From Podarcis pityusensis (Eukaryota), in the NCBI GenBank assembly GCA_964106645.2, contig OZ067038.1: a stretch of 64,000 bases of DNA; one strand, given 5' to 3'. This document shows positions 40,680-54,056 of the stretch, piece after piece. A program made the translations under genes and the position numbers. Every line of letters begins with the position of its first letter. Positions within the stretch are counted from its first letter, which is position 1. Under the pieces are notes generated by a model that saw nothing but the letters and a program-made list of their open reading frames with translations, was not told where the DNA came from and did no database searches.

Positions 40680-42956
40680 GGTGGGAGGTATATTGTTTGC
40701 CTTCCTTTGGAATTGAAAGTGTGGTTAATACACAGCAGTTTAAATGTGCTAAGGATGTTGAATGAATATTGAACACGTATTCAGTTGTGAGCAAAACTCT
40801 GTTTTCTTACCCATCATTTAGTCCTCCTGACACCTGTTTTCGTAGAATCAACCTCCTTTCTCCACTTCTGCGTGGCTAGAGGTTGGGCTGCCTCTCAAAG
40901 TATATTCAAACAGCCAAAAAATCATATAGATCCTAACAGTGAATTTTCAGCTTGTCATTTAAGACTAAAATAGAGGAAGGAGACTATTTTACACTCCAGA
41001 GGGTTAGGATTACTAGATTGTGAATGTGATGGCATTTCAGAACCTTGTTCTTTCCAGCCACCAGGTTTAATTCTGAAATATTAAATATTTATTGCTCCTC
41101 CAGCTGTTCGCCAAAGACATGAAAATACTGTCTTTATTTGCATAGCCTGTTAGCAGAGAATAGTTGTAATAAAAGCAATGGGATGGAAACAAATTCACTT
41201 GAGCAAAGCAGTTTTTTGTTTCCTGTGTGTCTGTTCTGTTCTGGTTCTTTAAACAACTCTCCCTCCTTCACTGAATGTGCATTTCACTAAGAATCTCTGC
41301 TTGCTAGTAGTGCTGCAAAAAACAGCCTTCTTCAAGTATATATGGATATTTGTTTCTGAGGCAAGACTAAAATATATTTTCCTGCAAACAAGGGTCTTAA
41401 ACTTTCTGAAGGATGGGGAATGCTTTTGTTTTAGATCCCACCCCTTCTAATATCACTTAAATTGGAAAGGGGTTGCACTCTAGCAGATGTTTGTTAGGAG
41501 AAACAAACTCCTTCCCCTTTCCCCCAACACAAAAGACCCTCTTTTCTTAAGGGGTTGCAGTGTGGGTCTATATATATTGCTCTCCCAACAATTTGCATGG
41601 TGGTGTGATTCTGATTGGCTGGCTTTGGCAACAGGTACACCAGAAGCATTTAGGGATCATCATGAACCCTGCTCCCGCTGCATTGGCACAGAATTGCTTG
41701 CTAAGTTTTATCATGCTGCTAATGCGGTTTATATCTGCTGCCACTGGTAATTTGAAGACCACAGGCGGTGTCTTGAGCTTATTCAAGGGGGCAGGAACTA
41801 GTGGGAATCCCTGAGTAGCAGATTGGGAAAGACAGTGCACACAACCTTCTCTGGCCTCCACTTCTCCCAATATCCTCAGAATGCTTTCCACAAGCAATAA
41901 TGAGCTCATTAACAGTATCTGCTGAACTGCTTATTAAGTGCAGTTTTGTAGAGAGGCTTGGGATGGCATCAATTAGCAAGCAGAAAGTACAAATATATGA
42001 TGCTAATCCACATTTCAAGAATAATGACCATAGAAGGTCTTTCTAGCAGTTAATGCTCTGAGAACAGGAAACAGTCATTAAGGCTGTCCCAAAGAGGGAG
42101 AAAATTCAAATGGACAAAGGAACCATATTGCAACAGAACTAGTAATATAGTTGAGCCCTTTGATGTTTTCCTTCCCAACTTAATGATTGCAGATCTTGAT
42201 CTCAATGAGGGTATTTGCTATTGTTTGTAACTCAGTGCAACAGCATTATCTATTTGCGGTTTAATTTGCATCACATACCTGGCACTTGTTCTCTTGTGAA
42301 TGTGAAGGCAATTTTTGAATGGCTGTTGCCCAGCTACGCATGCCCAAAATAATCATTGTGTTTGGTTGTTATCCTCAACCAATAGTAATCTCAATTCTCC
42401 CAGTGCCAATCCAAATAGCAACCGAAATAGTCTCGCCTAAAAGCACAAGGAAGTTATAAGCAGACCCTGGGGAACCCTGAGGTTTTCAGAAGTTTATATG
42501 GTGTGGATCGGCTGGATCTCTATAAATAGAAGAACTCCACATTGCAGCATTTTGTTGCAGGTTCCACCTGGATATACTGATAGCCATCTCAGTTTGCCTA
42601 GCGCTGGTCCTCATGCAACTAAAACAGCACCAACCACACATAAGAGAGAGTTATCAGCAGACTTGGGGAAATCCCAAGAACTGGAGAAGTACACCCCCCC
42701 CCACACACACAATCTGTTGGGGGAAAAACCTTTCAAGAGGCTGGGGCAAGCTCCCAAAACATTCTAATGAGAAGTGGGCATGGATTTTTTTATTTTGGTG
42801 TGTAAGGGGATAGAGACTTAATGGGAAGTAGGATTATAATGGAATCCCAGAAAAGGAGCAGTCCACTCTGCAACATTTTGTTTGCAAGCCCCACTTGTTT
42901 TCCTAATTCTGAAACACTTGTGACTCTTGTCTACCAAAGTTCCAAAGATGTTTTGA

Positions 42957-43343
<387 letters not shown>

Positions 43344-43754
43344 TGAATTCAATTCACTGCAGACCATTTTCCTGATCTGGAAGGCCATATTGACTAGTGT
43401 CCTGAAGGCAGAAATGTGAGGTCATGAATTGAGCTCAAGGGGTTCCTGAGAACAACTGAGATAATTATGTTCCTGCTAGCCTACAATGCAAAACCTCTCC
43501 TTTTCTTTTGCATCGATACATCCCTCCCTCACACATAATGCAAAATTAGATGGGCAAAATTACTTACTTTGTGGAAGGAGCTATTTTGACTGATTAAACT
43601 ACTAGGAAAAAACATCCTCTGGGCTAGATTTGAAAAGCAATAGTTCTAGCATAGAGATTTTAGGGAACTGTTTACCCTTTCCGAATGTAATGCTAGTGCT
43701 AAATAACATGTTCTGCCAGCACATCCCTTGAGTCCATTGTGGACTTTCTGTGCA

Positions 43755-43904
43755 GCCTGCTTAGCTCACTTGGTTAGAGCATGGTGCTGAAGACGCCAAG
43801 GTTGCAGGTTCGATCCCTGTATGGGGCAGCTGCATATTCCTGCATTGCAGGGGGTTGGACTAGGCGATCCTCAAGGTCCCTTCCAACTCTACAGTTCTAT
43901 GATT
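43755..43904 (+). mobile_element. tRNA(Ile)-derived SINE with CR1-type 3' tail
   Basis: Head TTAGCTCACTTGGTTAGAGCATGGTGCTGAAGACGCCAAGGTTGCAGGTTCGATCCCTGTA resembles tRNA-Ile(AAT) with a mutated anticodon loop; tail GGGGGTTGGACTAG…GGTCCCTTCCAACTCTAC…TTCTATGATT is a CR1 terminus. Confidence 0.85.
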
Positions 43905-44198
43905 TGGAGCCTATGTAATCCTAAATATTGTTGGGGTTTTTTTAACTCTGTACAGCACTTGATCTTTAACAACTGGAAGAAAAGGTCTAGCTAACAGTGG
44001 TCAGGGATGATGGGAATTGTAGTCCCAAACATCTGGAGGGCCGGAGTTTGCCTATGCCTGGTGTAAATGGAAAGAATTGCTCAAATCCTCCTCAGTGGCT
44101 TCTGACGTATTAATGGTCATGATGAAGAGGCAGCTTTAAAACCCTAGTGAAAGAGCCTCACAGAGGTTGGCTAATACTTGTATCTTTTTGTTCCCTAG

Positions 44199-44286
44199 AG
44201 ACATCTGCTAAAGAAGGGCTTTTGTTGTGGTGTCAGAGAAAGACAGCCCCATACAAAAATGTGAACATCCAAAACTTCCATATTAG
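44199..44286 (+). CDS. ACTN1: ACTN1 exon 5 ([30 protein letters not shown]; CH2 start)
   Basis: ccctag|AGACA ... ATTAG|gtaata; 88 nt; in frame. Confidence 0.97.
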
Positions 44287-44435
44287 GTAATATAAAGGTG
44301 ATGGGGAGCAGCCTGCGACTTGTAGTCTTTGCATGGCCTAGAGGATTTGGATGCTGCCTGGTCCTTACCTCAGCTGTTTTAGCAGCAATGTTAAGACCAT
44401 TTGCAGTGGACTTGCCATCACAGTCCATTAAAGGC

Positions 44436-44464
<29 letters not shown>
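44436..44464. repeat. (TG)n microsatellite
   Basis: Pure TG run in intron 5. Confidence 0.97.
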
Positions 44465-44466
<2 letters not shown>

Positions 44467-45206
44467 CAATTGTACTCTGAACGCTGCCCTACCAGCTCAG
44501 GGGAAAGGGCTGAGGCCACGAAAGGCTTCTTCCCACACTATACTCGGCACACAATAATGCCCTTATTATCCTCATATCTTATGTAAATTAAAGTGCTTGT
44601 GCTGTTTACTTTTGTACTTCCAAGTTTGTGGATACATAGCCCAGTTCAAACATTACTGCATTCATGGCTTCTTAAACCATAGTTTAACAAGCCAGGAATG
44701 AGTGTTGCCCCCCCCCCCCGAACCTCCCCTGCATATCACCTCATTCCCATAATTGATGCACCAAACATTGATGTCTGTAACAAGGAATGGTGCCTTAATA
44801 CTGATTTACTAACCAGGATTTTAGACCATGTTCAGATGAGGAACCCTCATTTAAGCTAACTGTAGTTTCAGCTAAACGATGGTTTAGCAAGCTGGGAATG
44901 TATTGTGGCTGTATAAATATGTAATGGCATGTAATCCTGTTCTTGTACACATAATCTCCTTTGGCCTGTCATTAGCAGAGGATGATTTATTGAGCCAATC
45001 CAATAGCGATCAGTAAAAGAATATATATTATTTATTTTTATTATTCACTTGGCACCAGAAACCTCAGAACTTTTTTTTACATACTGAAAAGTTTTGTAGT
45101 TGGCATTGTGGAAAGGCTTCAACTGAAGCAGAGGTGAAACTTACTCATGCTCTGATTCTTACTGAGTATAGGACAAAAAACAAACCCCATTCCTGAATGA
45201 GTATAG

Positions 45207-45389
<183 letters not shown>

Positions 45390-47476
45390 TAACTTGCCCA
45401 TAAGATGAGAGAAAGGAGGTCTCTGAAGAGCTCAGATGTTTTGGTTTACTTGATTTCTGTCTGTTAGTTCCTGGTGGAGATTTAGACTAGCAGCAGGTAA
45501 GGAAGTCTTTGGACTTTGGAAACACAACTCAGGTAATTCCCAAAGTTAGACTGGCACATTCAGCCAAGACACATTAGAGACTGATATTTTCTTAGGCTGA
45601 CTGAGCTTATCATCCAGGTGAAAATTGGGCTTGACATCCTTGCAGAAAGCATGTGGGTGACCAAGCCCAGCAATGTCTTTTGGGAAGCTGTAGTGGAAAG
45701 CATGGCTCCAGTTCCATAGTGGAATGCATAGTTAGCGGAGTCATCTGTTGCTTGTACAAAACTGCATGGTTGTCCACATTACTTCTTTAAGCTACAATTG
45801 TAAGCCCCTTGGGTTTATAACTTTCAGAAATACTGTTGCAAGCTGCTGTGAGCCATGCAATAAGGTAGGGCATAACTCAGATAAATACCCCTTTGCTTAC
45901 CCAGCTTAAATCATGATAGGCAGAGGTAACAGGAAAACTAAATTCTGCTGCTGGGCAGATCTGGGAATGTGGTTGCCCAAAGAGGCATCATATATTCCTT
46001 CCCACTGTCTTGTAAAAGCTGTTAAGTTGCTATAGTCCCATGGTAAGCCATGAATCTGATCTCCTTGTTCATTAAGGAAACTGGATAAAAGTGTAACATT
46101 TTTTCTCTAGTAACCTAAGAAGCATGTCATCTTGGTCAGTAAAAATAGCATCTTTTTTGTGACTGACACCTCCAGCCCTGACTATTTTAACAGTAACCAA
46201 AACCATATATTTACTAGGTGAGGTTCCTTGCATCCCTGACAGACATAGCTAACAGTGGTTGCTCATTCCTTCTACCCTGCTTCAACAGTTTTGCTGATTC
46301 GCTGTTGATAGAAAGGTGGTGATTGGTGACATTATAATTATTGCCATGGCAACATCATATGAAGTTGCTAGGAGGGGAAGATGTCTGTGCGAGTCAGCAG
46401 TTTTATGCTGAGGTAGGCGAGATGCAGTAAGAGACTCTAGCATTCATTTCTTATGTCAGCAAAATCAGCATGCTTGTGATAATATTGTTAGCAACCAAAA
46501 GTGAAGTGATCCTTATAGTAACTAAGGTTCCACACACAGAGACCCCTCTCGTGACTATACCTGAGCACAGCCTGGCTCTGTGTTCATGGGTCTATATATA
46601 CCTAAACTTCCTAATAACTATAGTGTATGCTGTCTGAGAAAGATACCTCAACAAGTATACTTGTCTGAGACAGACAGTCCCAAGCTGGTGCAATTATTTG
46701 CACCCTTATCTTGGTGCAGGCCTCATTTAGATCAGTTCTACAGGCTGCAAGTCATGAAAAAATAGTTTTTGTATTCTCAAATTTTAACAAAACAAAGGTA
46801 GATATTTCAACTAACATATCTAACAATTTTGGATAGGAGAAGACAGAACAAAGGAAAACTGGGGTGGGCTCCATCTTCTCTAACCTGTTTAACAATCAGC
46901 GCAAGAGAACCCACTGAAACAAAAACCCTATATAGTGTAGCGGAGTATAGTGGAGATTCTATATGTGTAGAGGGCGGCTTCTCATACTGCACCTTACCAA
47001 GACAGGGCATTAAAAAGATTTGCACCTTCTCTAGTTGCAACTTACACAAATCAGGGACAAACGTCTTAAGCTGACAGCTCTCCTGCTCAGTACAGGTCCA
47101 GGAAGTAAGCAGACTAGTGGAAAGGGGATATGACAAAATCTGTGATGTCCTTTCAAAGTCCTTAAAGAAGATGTTACAGAGAGGCCTTTTGGAAAATGCA
47201 CATAGCCCTCATAGTTGCCCTTTACTGAATTTGTGGTGGTGGGAAGTGGAGGTCCTGTCAACACTCCACCTCCTAGTTCACTAGTAGAAACAATCTGACC
47301 TGGGGGTGTTAAGTGCATATTTTTGTGGTATGTGCATCTCATATTAATGTTGTAATTATCAGTTAGTCTAGAATATGACTCTAATGATCTCACTGATCAA
47401 TGCCCTAGTATGGTATATAAATTGTTTCTCCTGCCGTGTTTTTACGTATTGCTAACTTAAATTATTTATTTCCTAG

Positions 47477-47689
<213 letters not shown>

Positions 47690-49272
47690 TAGAATAACTG
47701 CAATTTTTTTTCCTGTTGGCTGGATCCGATCCTGATAACATTTGAATAACAGCACAAGAAGTGTGGATAATGGAAGGTTCTATGTCAGGGCCCCTAGGGA
47801 GCAGCAGCATGGATAATGGAACCTTCTAACATGATCTGCCGCATAATTCTGACGTGAGATCTGACCTTGATGAAGTAGTCTCCATGCATCACCAGAAATG
47901 TATAAGCCAGGCCTAAGATTAATAACAGCATGGCTGCATTTATACTTTCTCCCAAATTTCCCTAGTATTCTCTGTACTTCCCAAAACTGCTCCGTAGCTT
48001 GTTATTGTGGAGCTCATTTGTAAATTCAGTAGTAACAGGACACCTGTTTCTGACTGGGCTGGGACTCCACCATGAACAAACAAGCTGAATTCTCAACAAA
48101 CAACAAATGACATGGTATCTCTACAGTACATAAGGAGAGGTGGAAACAAAGGCAGATCATCCTTCATTGTCTCTTACATACTAGTTACATTTCTCTGGGC
48201 ATTTTATATCCTGAGCCACCACACTTGTTAATCAAGGGATCTAGCATGTGACCATTATAAAATTCAGTTCGCAGCTGCTAGATTCCTGGAAACATGTGCT
48301 AAATTTCCCCTTTTGCCATGTTGTTGCTTTTGCATTTTGAAAATCTACACTGGCTCTGAAATCCACAGTTTTCAAGTTGCCTTTGTTGCTCTGTTCCCTT
48401 TTGTGACATTTTCTTTCTCCCCTCCCCCCTTAAAATTTGGGAGAACATTTTGTACTGGCTATGCTCTGTCCATTCCTCATTACCTCTATCCAGGGAGCTT
48501 TTGTGAGCTAAAGAGGACAGTGTATTCAACTAGATTTTTTTTATTTTAAAAAATCATCTTTATCAGGGCTTCTTTCATATGCATAGTATGGTGTTAGATG
48601 CAGCTAGGTAATGAGACCTAATTCATCCCAGCAGGTAGCCTCAGATGGAGTCCCAAAGTTGCTGGCTCTGAATTTTACAAAGGGCATTTCTTATCCTTTG
48701 GGATTTGCCACCAAACTGAACTATCACAGGTTACTGAGACAAATGTAGGTCCCATGAAAGCTCACAGAAGAAACAGATGGTTAGGTGCATGGCAATATGG
48801 TTCTCTTTTTGTGCTGTGGCAACTATTGTTCTCCATCACCATTATCATCCTCAAAGCAGCAAGGAAACACTATGAAAACATTACATGGCCTGAGCTTGAG
48901 AGGTGGTAAGCACCTGCTTTCCTTAGATGCTTGGAAAACTCAGACCAACAGCCTATTGAGAATGGTGCAGAAGGTGGCCATTTGCTTTCATTCACTGAAA
49001 CAGCAGCTTAAGATCGTCTTTCAACTTCCCAATTTAGCACACACAATTCTTCTGTGTCCTACTGGGCACTTGCATCAAGAATATGTATTTTTTGTGGTAA
49101 GGAGAAGAGGACAGGGACAATTGCCCTAACCAAGAGGGGAAATCATCTTCCAAGAAAGTATCTAAAAGACCTATATGTAGAGAATGTGTAGGTTCTAATA
49201 GTCACTCCCACCCCTCACCTGGCGTCCCCATAACCTTTTGGTGATCCATCTCGCTTTGCTCATGTCCCATGA

Positions 49273-49485
<213 letters not shown>

Positions 49486-51178
49486 TAGCTACGGGCATCT
49501 TTATTATTATTTTTGGCAGAGTTGGCTTGTTGGCTCCGAATGGCTTTCTGTGTATTTATCATTTTGGGGGTGCAGATGGGGTCAAACACAATCCCACAGT
49601 CAGTGATGTAGTGCAGATCTGTACTTTGGTGCAAGTCAGCGGGTCACTCTCATGGCATCGGGAGCTCTGCTTTTATCCACAGGACACAAAGATCTCTCTC
49701 TCTCGAGGTGAATCTCGGGGGGGGGGGAAGTATTTTGCATAGTAATTTGTCATGCATAGTGATCCAGCATCATAACATTCTACATGCCAGCTAACCCATG
49801 CTGAATTGCTTTGCTGATCAGCAACAGTGCTGTGCGATTGAGCCTCCTTATTTTGCAAAAGAGCACAATTTTAAGAAATAAGGCCTGGATGCCGCAGAAC
49901 AGAAAATGTGCATTCTGTTTGCCAAATTCTCTGAAAACATTACTGACAGGATGTCCCAAACAGGAAGTTTCCACAGAGCATTGCAGTTTGATGAATCAAC
50001 TGCTCTTTGGTATCTGAGAACTCATCGTAGAGCAAATGGGTTGTGCAGTACAAGTCTCTGCTTGTTCACTCAGAAGTTAAGTCACTCTCAGTTCAGTAAG
50101 GTGTTCTCCCAAGTAAGTGTGTAAGTAGGCCAAAGCTTGGAAGTGGATCCAGATATCATGTCATTTCCCTCAAAAGTAGACTGAATGCTAACCTTTCACT
50201 AGCTACAGCTTAAGACAGTGGTAGATAGAAGTTGTGGAGCACCTACTTTTTTCTGGGATACTTGCAGAAAATGCTGAACCTGATGGTTCTAGTTAGGGTA
50301 CTCCTCATGTTCTTAAGCAATTGTGCATTATTAGATTATGCCTTAATTTTTAAGAGATCCTGCGCATGCATTCTTGCTTGGTGGGCCAGAAGGGGTCTGA
50401 TAGAAAGTAGACCATGCAATACTGAAGCCTTGCCTAAATGGACAGATATGCATGCCTGTGTCTTCTAAAGTGAAACAGGGAGCAGTATGATAATACTTCA
50501 GATGTAAACTGCATTTCTAGAACTCCCCTGTGACATGCCATTGTACCAGGCAAGGGGTTACTCCACATCTTTTTCCACTGCACACAGCTGAAGTTAAAAA
50601 AAAAGTCATCCGTTTTATAGATGGAATATCTGGTAGCTGTGCCCACAGCACAAGGGGAAGAGCTGTATGCTCAGAAAACGCACATGGGACAGCCCTAATA
50701 AGATGTCAAGCACTGGCACTGCAAGAACAGATCTTCTCTGCCTTGCATCTGGGTTTTGTCATGCCTTTTAACTTCTATATAGTGTCTTCAACAAATTTAG
50801 CTACTTTATTCCTGTATGTAGAATGGGCACATGGCACTGGCTGTTTACTCCCCCAGATAAAGCTAGATTTGCCCATCTGCAAGTGGGTTGAGGCTACTGA
50901 CTGTGGAGTTGTGTCAAAGCAGTGTGGACTAGGCTGGTTGCTTGGAAACCAAAGCTGAAAATGGGAGGTGGGAACGAGTGCCACAGGACTCCACAAAGCC
51001 AACCCTTCCGGTCACGTTCTGATCCGAATTCCCAGCTCTCCGCATGGAAATCTGTTTCGCCTGTCCTGCAATGCATGATGGGAAGTTTCCCCCTCTCTTA
51101 CCACCCATGACTGTTTTATTTTATTCTGTGTGCTGCTTCTTACTTTATCCTTTCAACCTCTTCTCCTTCTTTGCACAG

Positions 51179-51264
51179 ATATTATAGGCACGCTAAGGCC
51201 GGATGAGAAGGCCATTATGACCTATGTTTCATGTTACTACCACGCCTTCTCAGGTGCGCAGAAG
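51179..51264 (+). CDS. ACTN1: ACTN1 alternative mutually exclusive exon 8b ([29 protein letters not shown])
   Basis: Long pyrimidine tract then gcacag|ATATT ... GAAG|gtgaga; same length (86 nt) and phases as 8a; 67/86 nt and 25/29 aa identical; no stop in the actinin frame. Confidence 0.92.
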
Positions 51265-54033
51265 GTGAGACTTTACTCCTAACAAACCCCCTCCTCTTCC
51301 TTCTGTTTCCCGCCCACCAAATTTAGAGGAAGATACCCTAAACCGTTAGAGGTATGGAATCCAGTGCTGGCTGTCCTATTGAGCTATCTAATATTGTCAC
51401 AACTTCCTTAGCATCTTGGGTGATTAAAAAAACACTCTCTAGCTTTGTTGAGAACTCAGTGGATTTTTTTTCAATGTTTCTGGCCTAGAACACCCAAGTT
51501 GCAGCCTACTGGTTCAGATTAATACTGTAGAATATATTCAGTACTTTGCTGACAGATCAGATGGCTGCCTATTGGAAAGTGCATTGCTAGTTTCAGCTGG
51601 CTGCTGGTTTCCTTAGAGCGCTCTGTTCTCAGTCATTTTTGGTGGCTGATACAACACTGGTCCACCATTGGCAATGCTAAGCCTCTTGGGAGTGTTTTAA
51701 AGACCCAGCTCTAGAGTTGCTTTTAGCCATCAGTAATAATTACTACAGGGCTAAACAACTGAGGTCAAAACTCCAAATGATGCTCAGTTGCAGAAGTTCT
51801 CTGATATTTTCCTCCATACTAATCTTTTGCTCCAGACTGTAATTTCTGCAGCTGGATTTAGTTAAGAACATGTTCAAAAAAAGCTATGCATGATTGAGCA
51901 TCATGCATAGATTGCTCCCCATTCATGCAACCTAAAACCAATTGTTCAGCAGGGTTTATTTTATAAGCAAGAGGTCTCCGTTATTATTGGCAGTGGACCA
52001 ACAGTGGTCGTTAATTTCCGAGCAGCTACTTTTCCAAGTGAAGTCAGAAAATTGCCATTCAGCCTTTATGTGGCCGTAAAAACAAAATCCCTCCGCTGCT
52101 GCTGCTGCTTTACCATCAGTGGAATCTGGTCATGTCTACGTGGATATATATAAATGGTCACTTCTGCTTTGACAGGTGTTCTCCCAATGGGAGACCTCAG
52201 AAGGTCTTGTTCTGTAGATGCCAAGCTCATGGAATTCCTGCTCAGTTTACTTATTGTTTCATGGCCAAACTCTAGTGAATTGTGTAAGTTGGGATGGCTG
52301 TTCTCTTACATCTTTTTCACACAGCCAGCCTTTGATGCCCCAATTGATTATCACAGTCTCTGCATACGCATTTTAACTTTTTCTCTGCCCCATGTTGCTT
52401 CTCTTTGCTCCCATCCATCTGTGTCCTTCCTCTGCCAGTAGTTCTGTTGCTTTCCCTCCTTGTACCATTTACGGTGTCCCCTTACCCTTACGGCTTTTTT
52501 ATCTATGTAATCATCTCTCAGTGGATTTATCCTCCCTTGACATTTTGTACTCGTCTGCAAAATATTTGGCTTCTGTTGGTTCTGTATCACGGCTTAGATG
52601 CATTTTGTGGAAAAGCTTCGATTCAAACACAAGTGTGTCATTAGCGCTGGCGCTGACATCGTGCATCTATACCTGAGTAAAAGATGCCAAGGGGAAAACA
52701 GACCTTAGTCCAGGCTCCTTGGGCACACATTGGGCAATTAAACTCTGATAAGGATAGCTGGTAATGTAACAAGACTCTCCTTTACTGAACCAGATAACCA
52801 TTCCACAAAGTTTTCTTTCTTGGACCCTATTCTCCATTCTGCAGTCACATTGCATTCATAACTTTTTCCTATCCCATATTTGTTGGTAGATTCACAGGGG
52901 TTCTCAGGCACAGGTGTAACTCTAAGCTGAACTGAAATATTGCAAACTAAGTTGAAAATGTTCGTTCTGGGGCCTAATTCATATGTTACTGACATGCCAT
53001 GTTAGCTGCTGAAAAACTGACTTCACTGTGGCCTGCTCCCTTGGGCCTAACTCTCCATACTGAATGAGATGCAACATAGTGTGAAAGGATATCCACCATT
53101 GCTATGGGGCTTCTCTTTCCTCTGTTCTCCACAAGCAAATTTCTGTTGCTTAAGCAGGCAGACAACATCGGATGTCACCAATATTTACAAGCATGTTCTC
53201 TGAAAGTACTAAAGGACATATTTTGTAGTTTTTAAAATATGTAGTGACAGCAGACCTTCTAAATATGTATTTTTTAAAGAATACATTTAATTCACTAATT
53301 ACCCTTTCAGCACAAGCTTATAGAAAATCTGGGACATGAGTGTTTCTGCAGGGAGTGTTCAAACTTTGCTCAAAGGCCATGTTTCCAGGTTTTTTTACCC
53401 TGAAATTGTGTAACACTACTCTGGATTTAATATATATCTAGCAGACAGCACAGACTATGGATCTCAGTGCTGTAGTGTTCTAGAATGGGGCACAAGAGCT
53501 TTGTTCAGTGGTGGGGCCTAGTGCCTGATGCCTTGAAACGGCTGATAAGATACAAATGAGAACATCAGTTGCACAACATCTAGATAGTTCTCGGAAGATC
53601 CATATATAATCTCAAGTTTAGCAGAATCCAAAGTTTTATAATCTTTTTTTAAAAAATTGAATGCACTGTCAGCTAGCTAGCCGGTCAGCCCAGCAATGAA
53701 TTCATGACCTGGAGGAAAGAGTTAGGGTCCCTTTCCCTTTGTAGCAGTCCAAATCTGGGGCTATTGCAGAGTGATTAGCAAGCATGCATTTTGGCCTTGC
53801 CCAGGAGCACAGAGTGTCTTTTCAAGCTCTGCCCTCTTACTTGACAAGGTGACTTACTGTGATGTCGCTCCATTTCTCATTCAGATTTCTCATTACTGCT
53901 ACCAGCCCTGAAGGGGAGGTCACATGATCAACTTTCTGCTTCTTTCATTCTCTTATACTGAGTCTTTAAAGGTACAGGGGCCCCAGCCTGCCATGACGTG
54001 TATGTGACTGGCTGCTTTTCCTTCATATGATTT

Positions 54034-54056
54034 TGTGTGTGTGTGTGTGTGTGTGT
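54034..54056. repeat. (TG)n microsatellite
   Basis: Pure TG run. Confidence 0.95.

Noticed and set aside
43755-43828. Possible functional tRNA gene
   Set aside because: Anticodon arm and acceptor stem are degenerate and it is fused to a CR1 tail, so it is a SINE head
44278-44287. CCATATTAGG, identical to the c-fos SRE CArG core
   Set aside because: Fully explained by the F-H-I-S codons plus the exon 5 donor; no supporting motif context
52522-52644. Possible third exon 8 copy (LYHGLDAFCG vaguely like FYHAFSG)
   Set aside because: No RPDEK/MTYVS motif, wrong phase, and no donor at 86 nt
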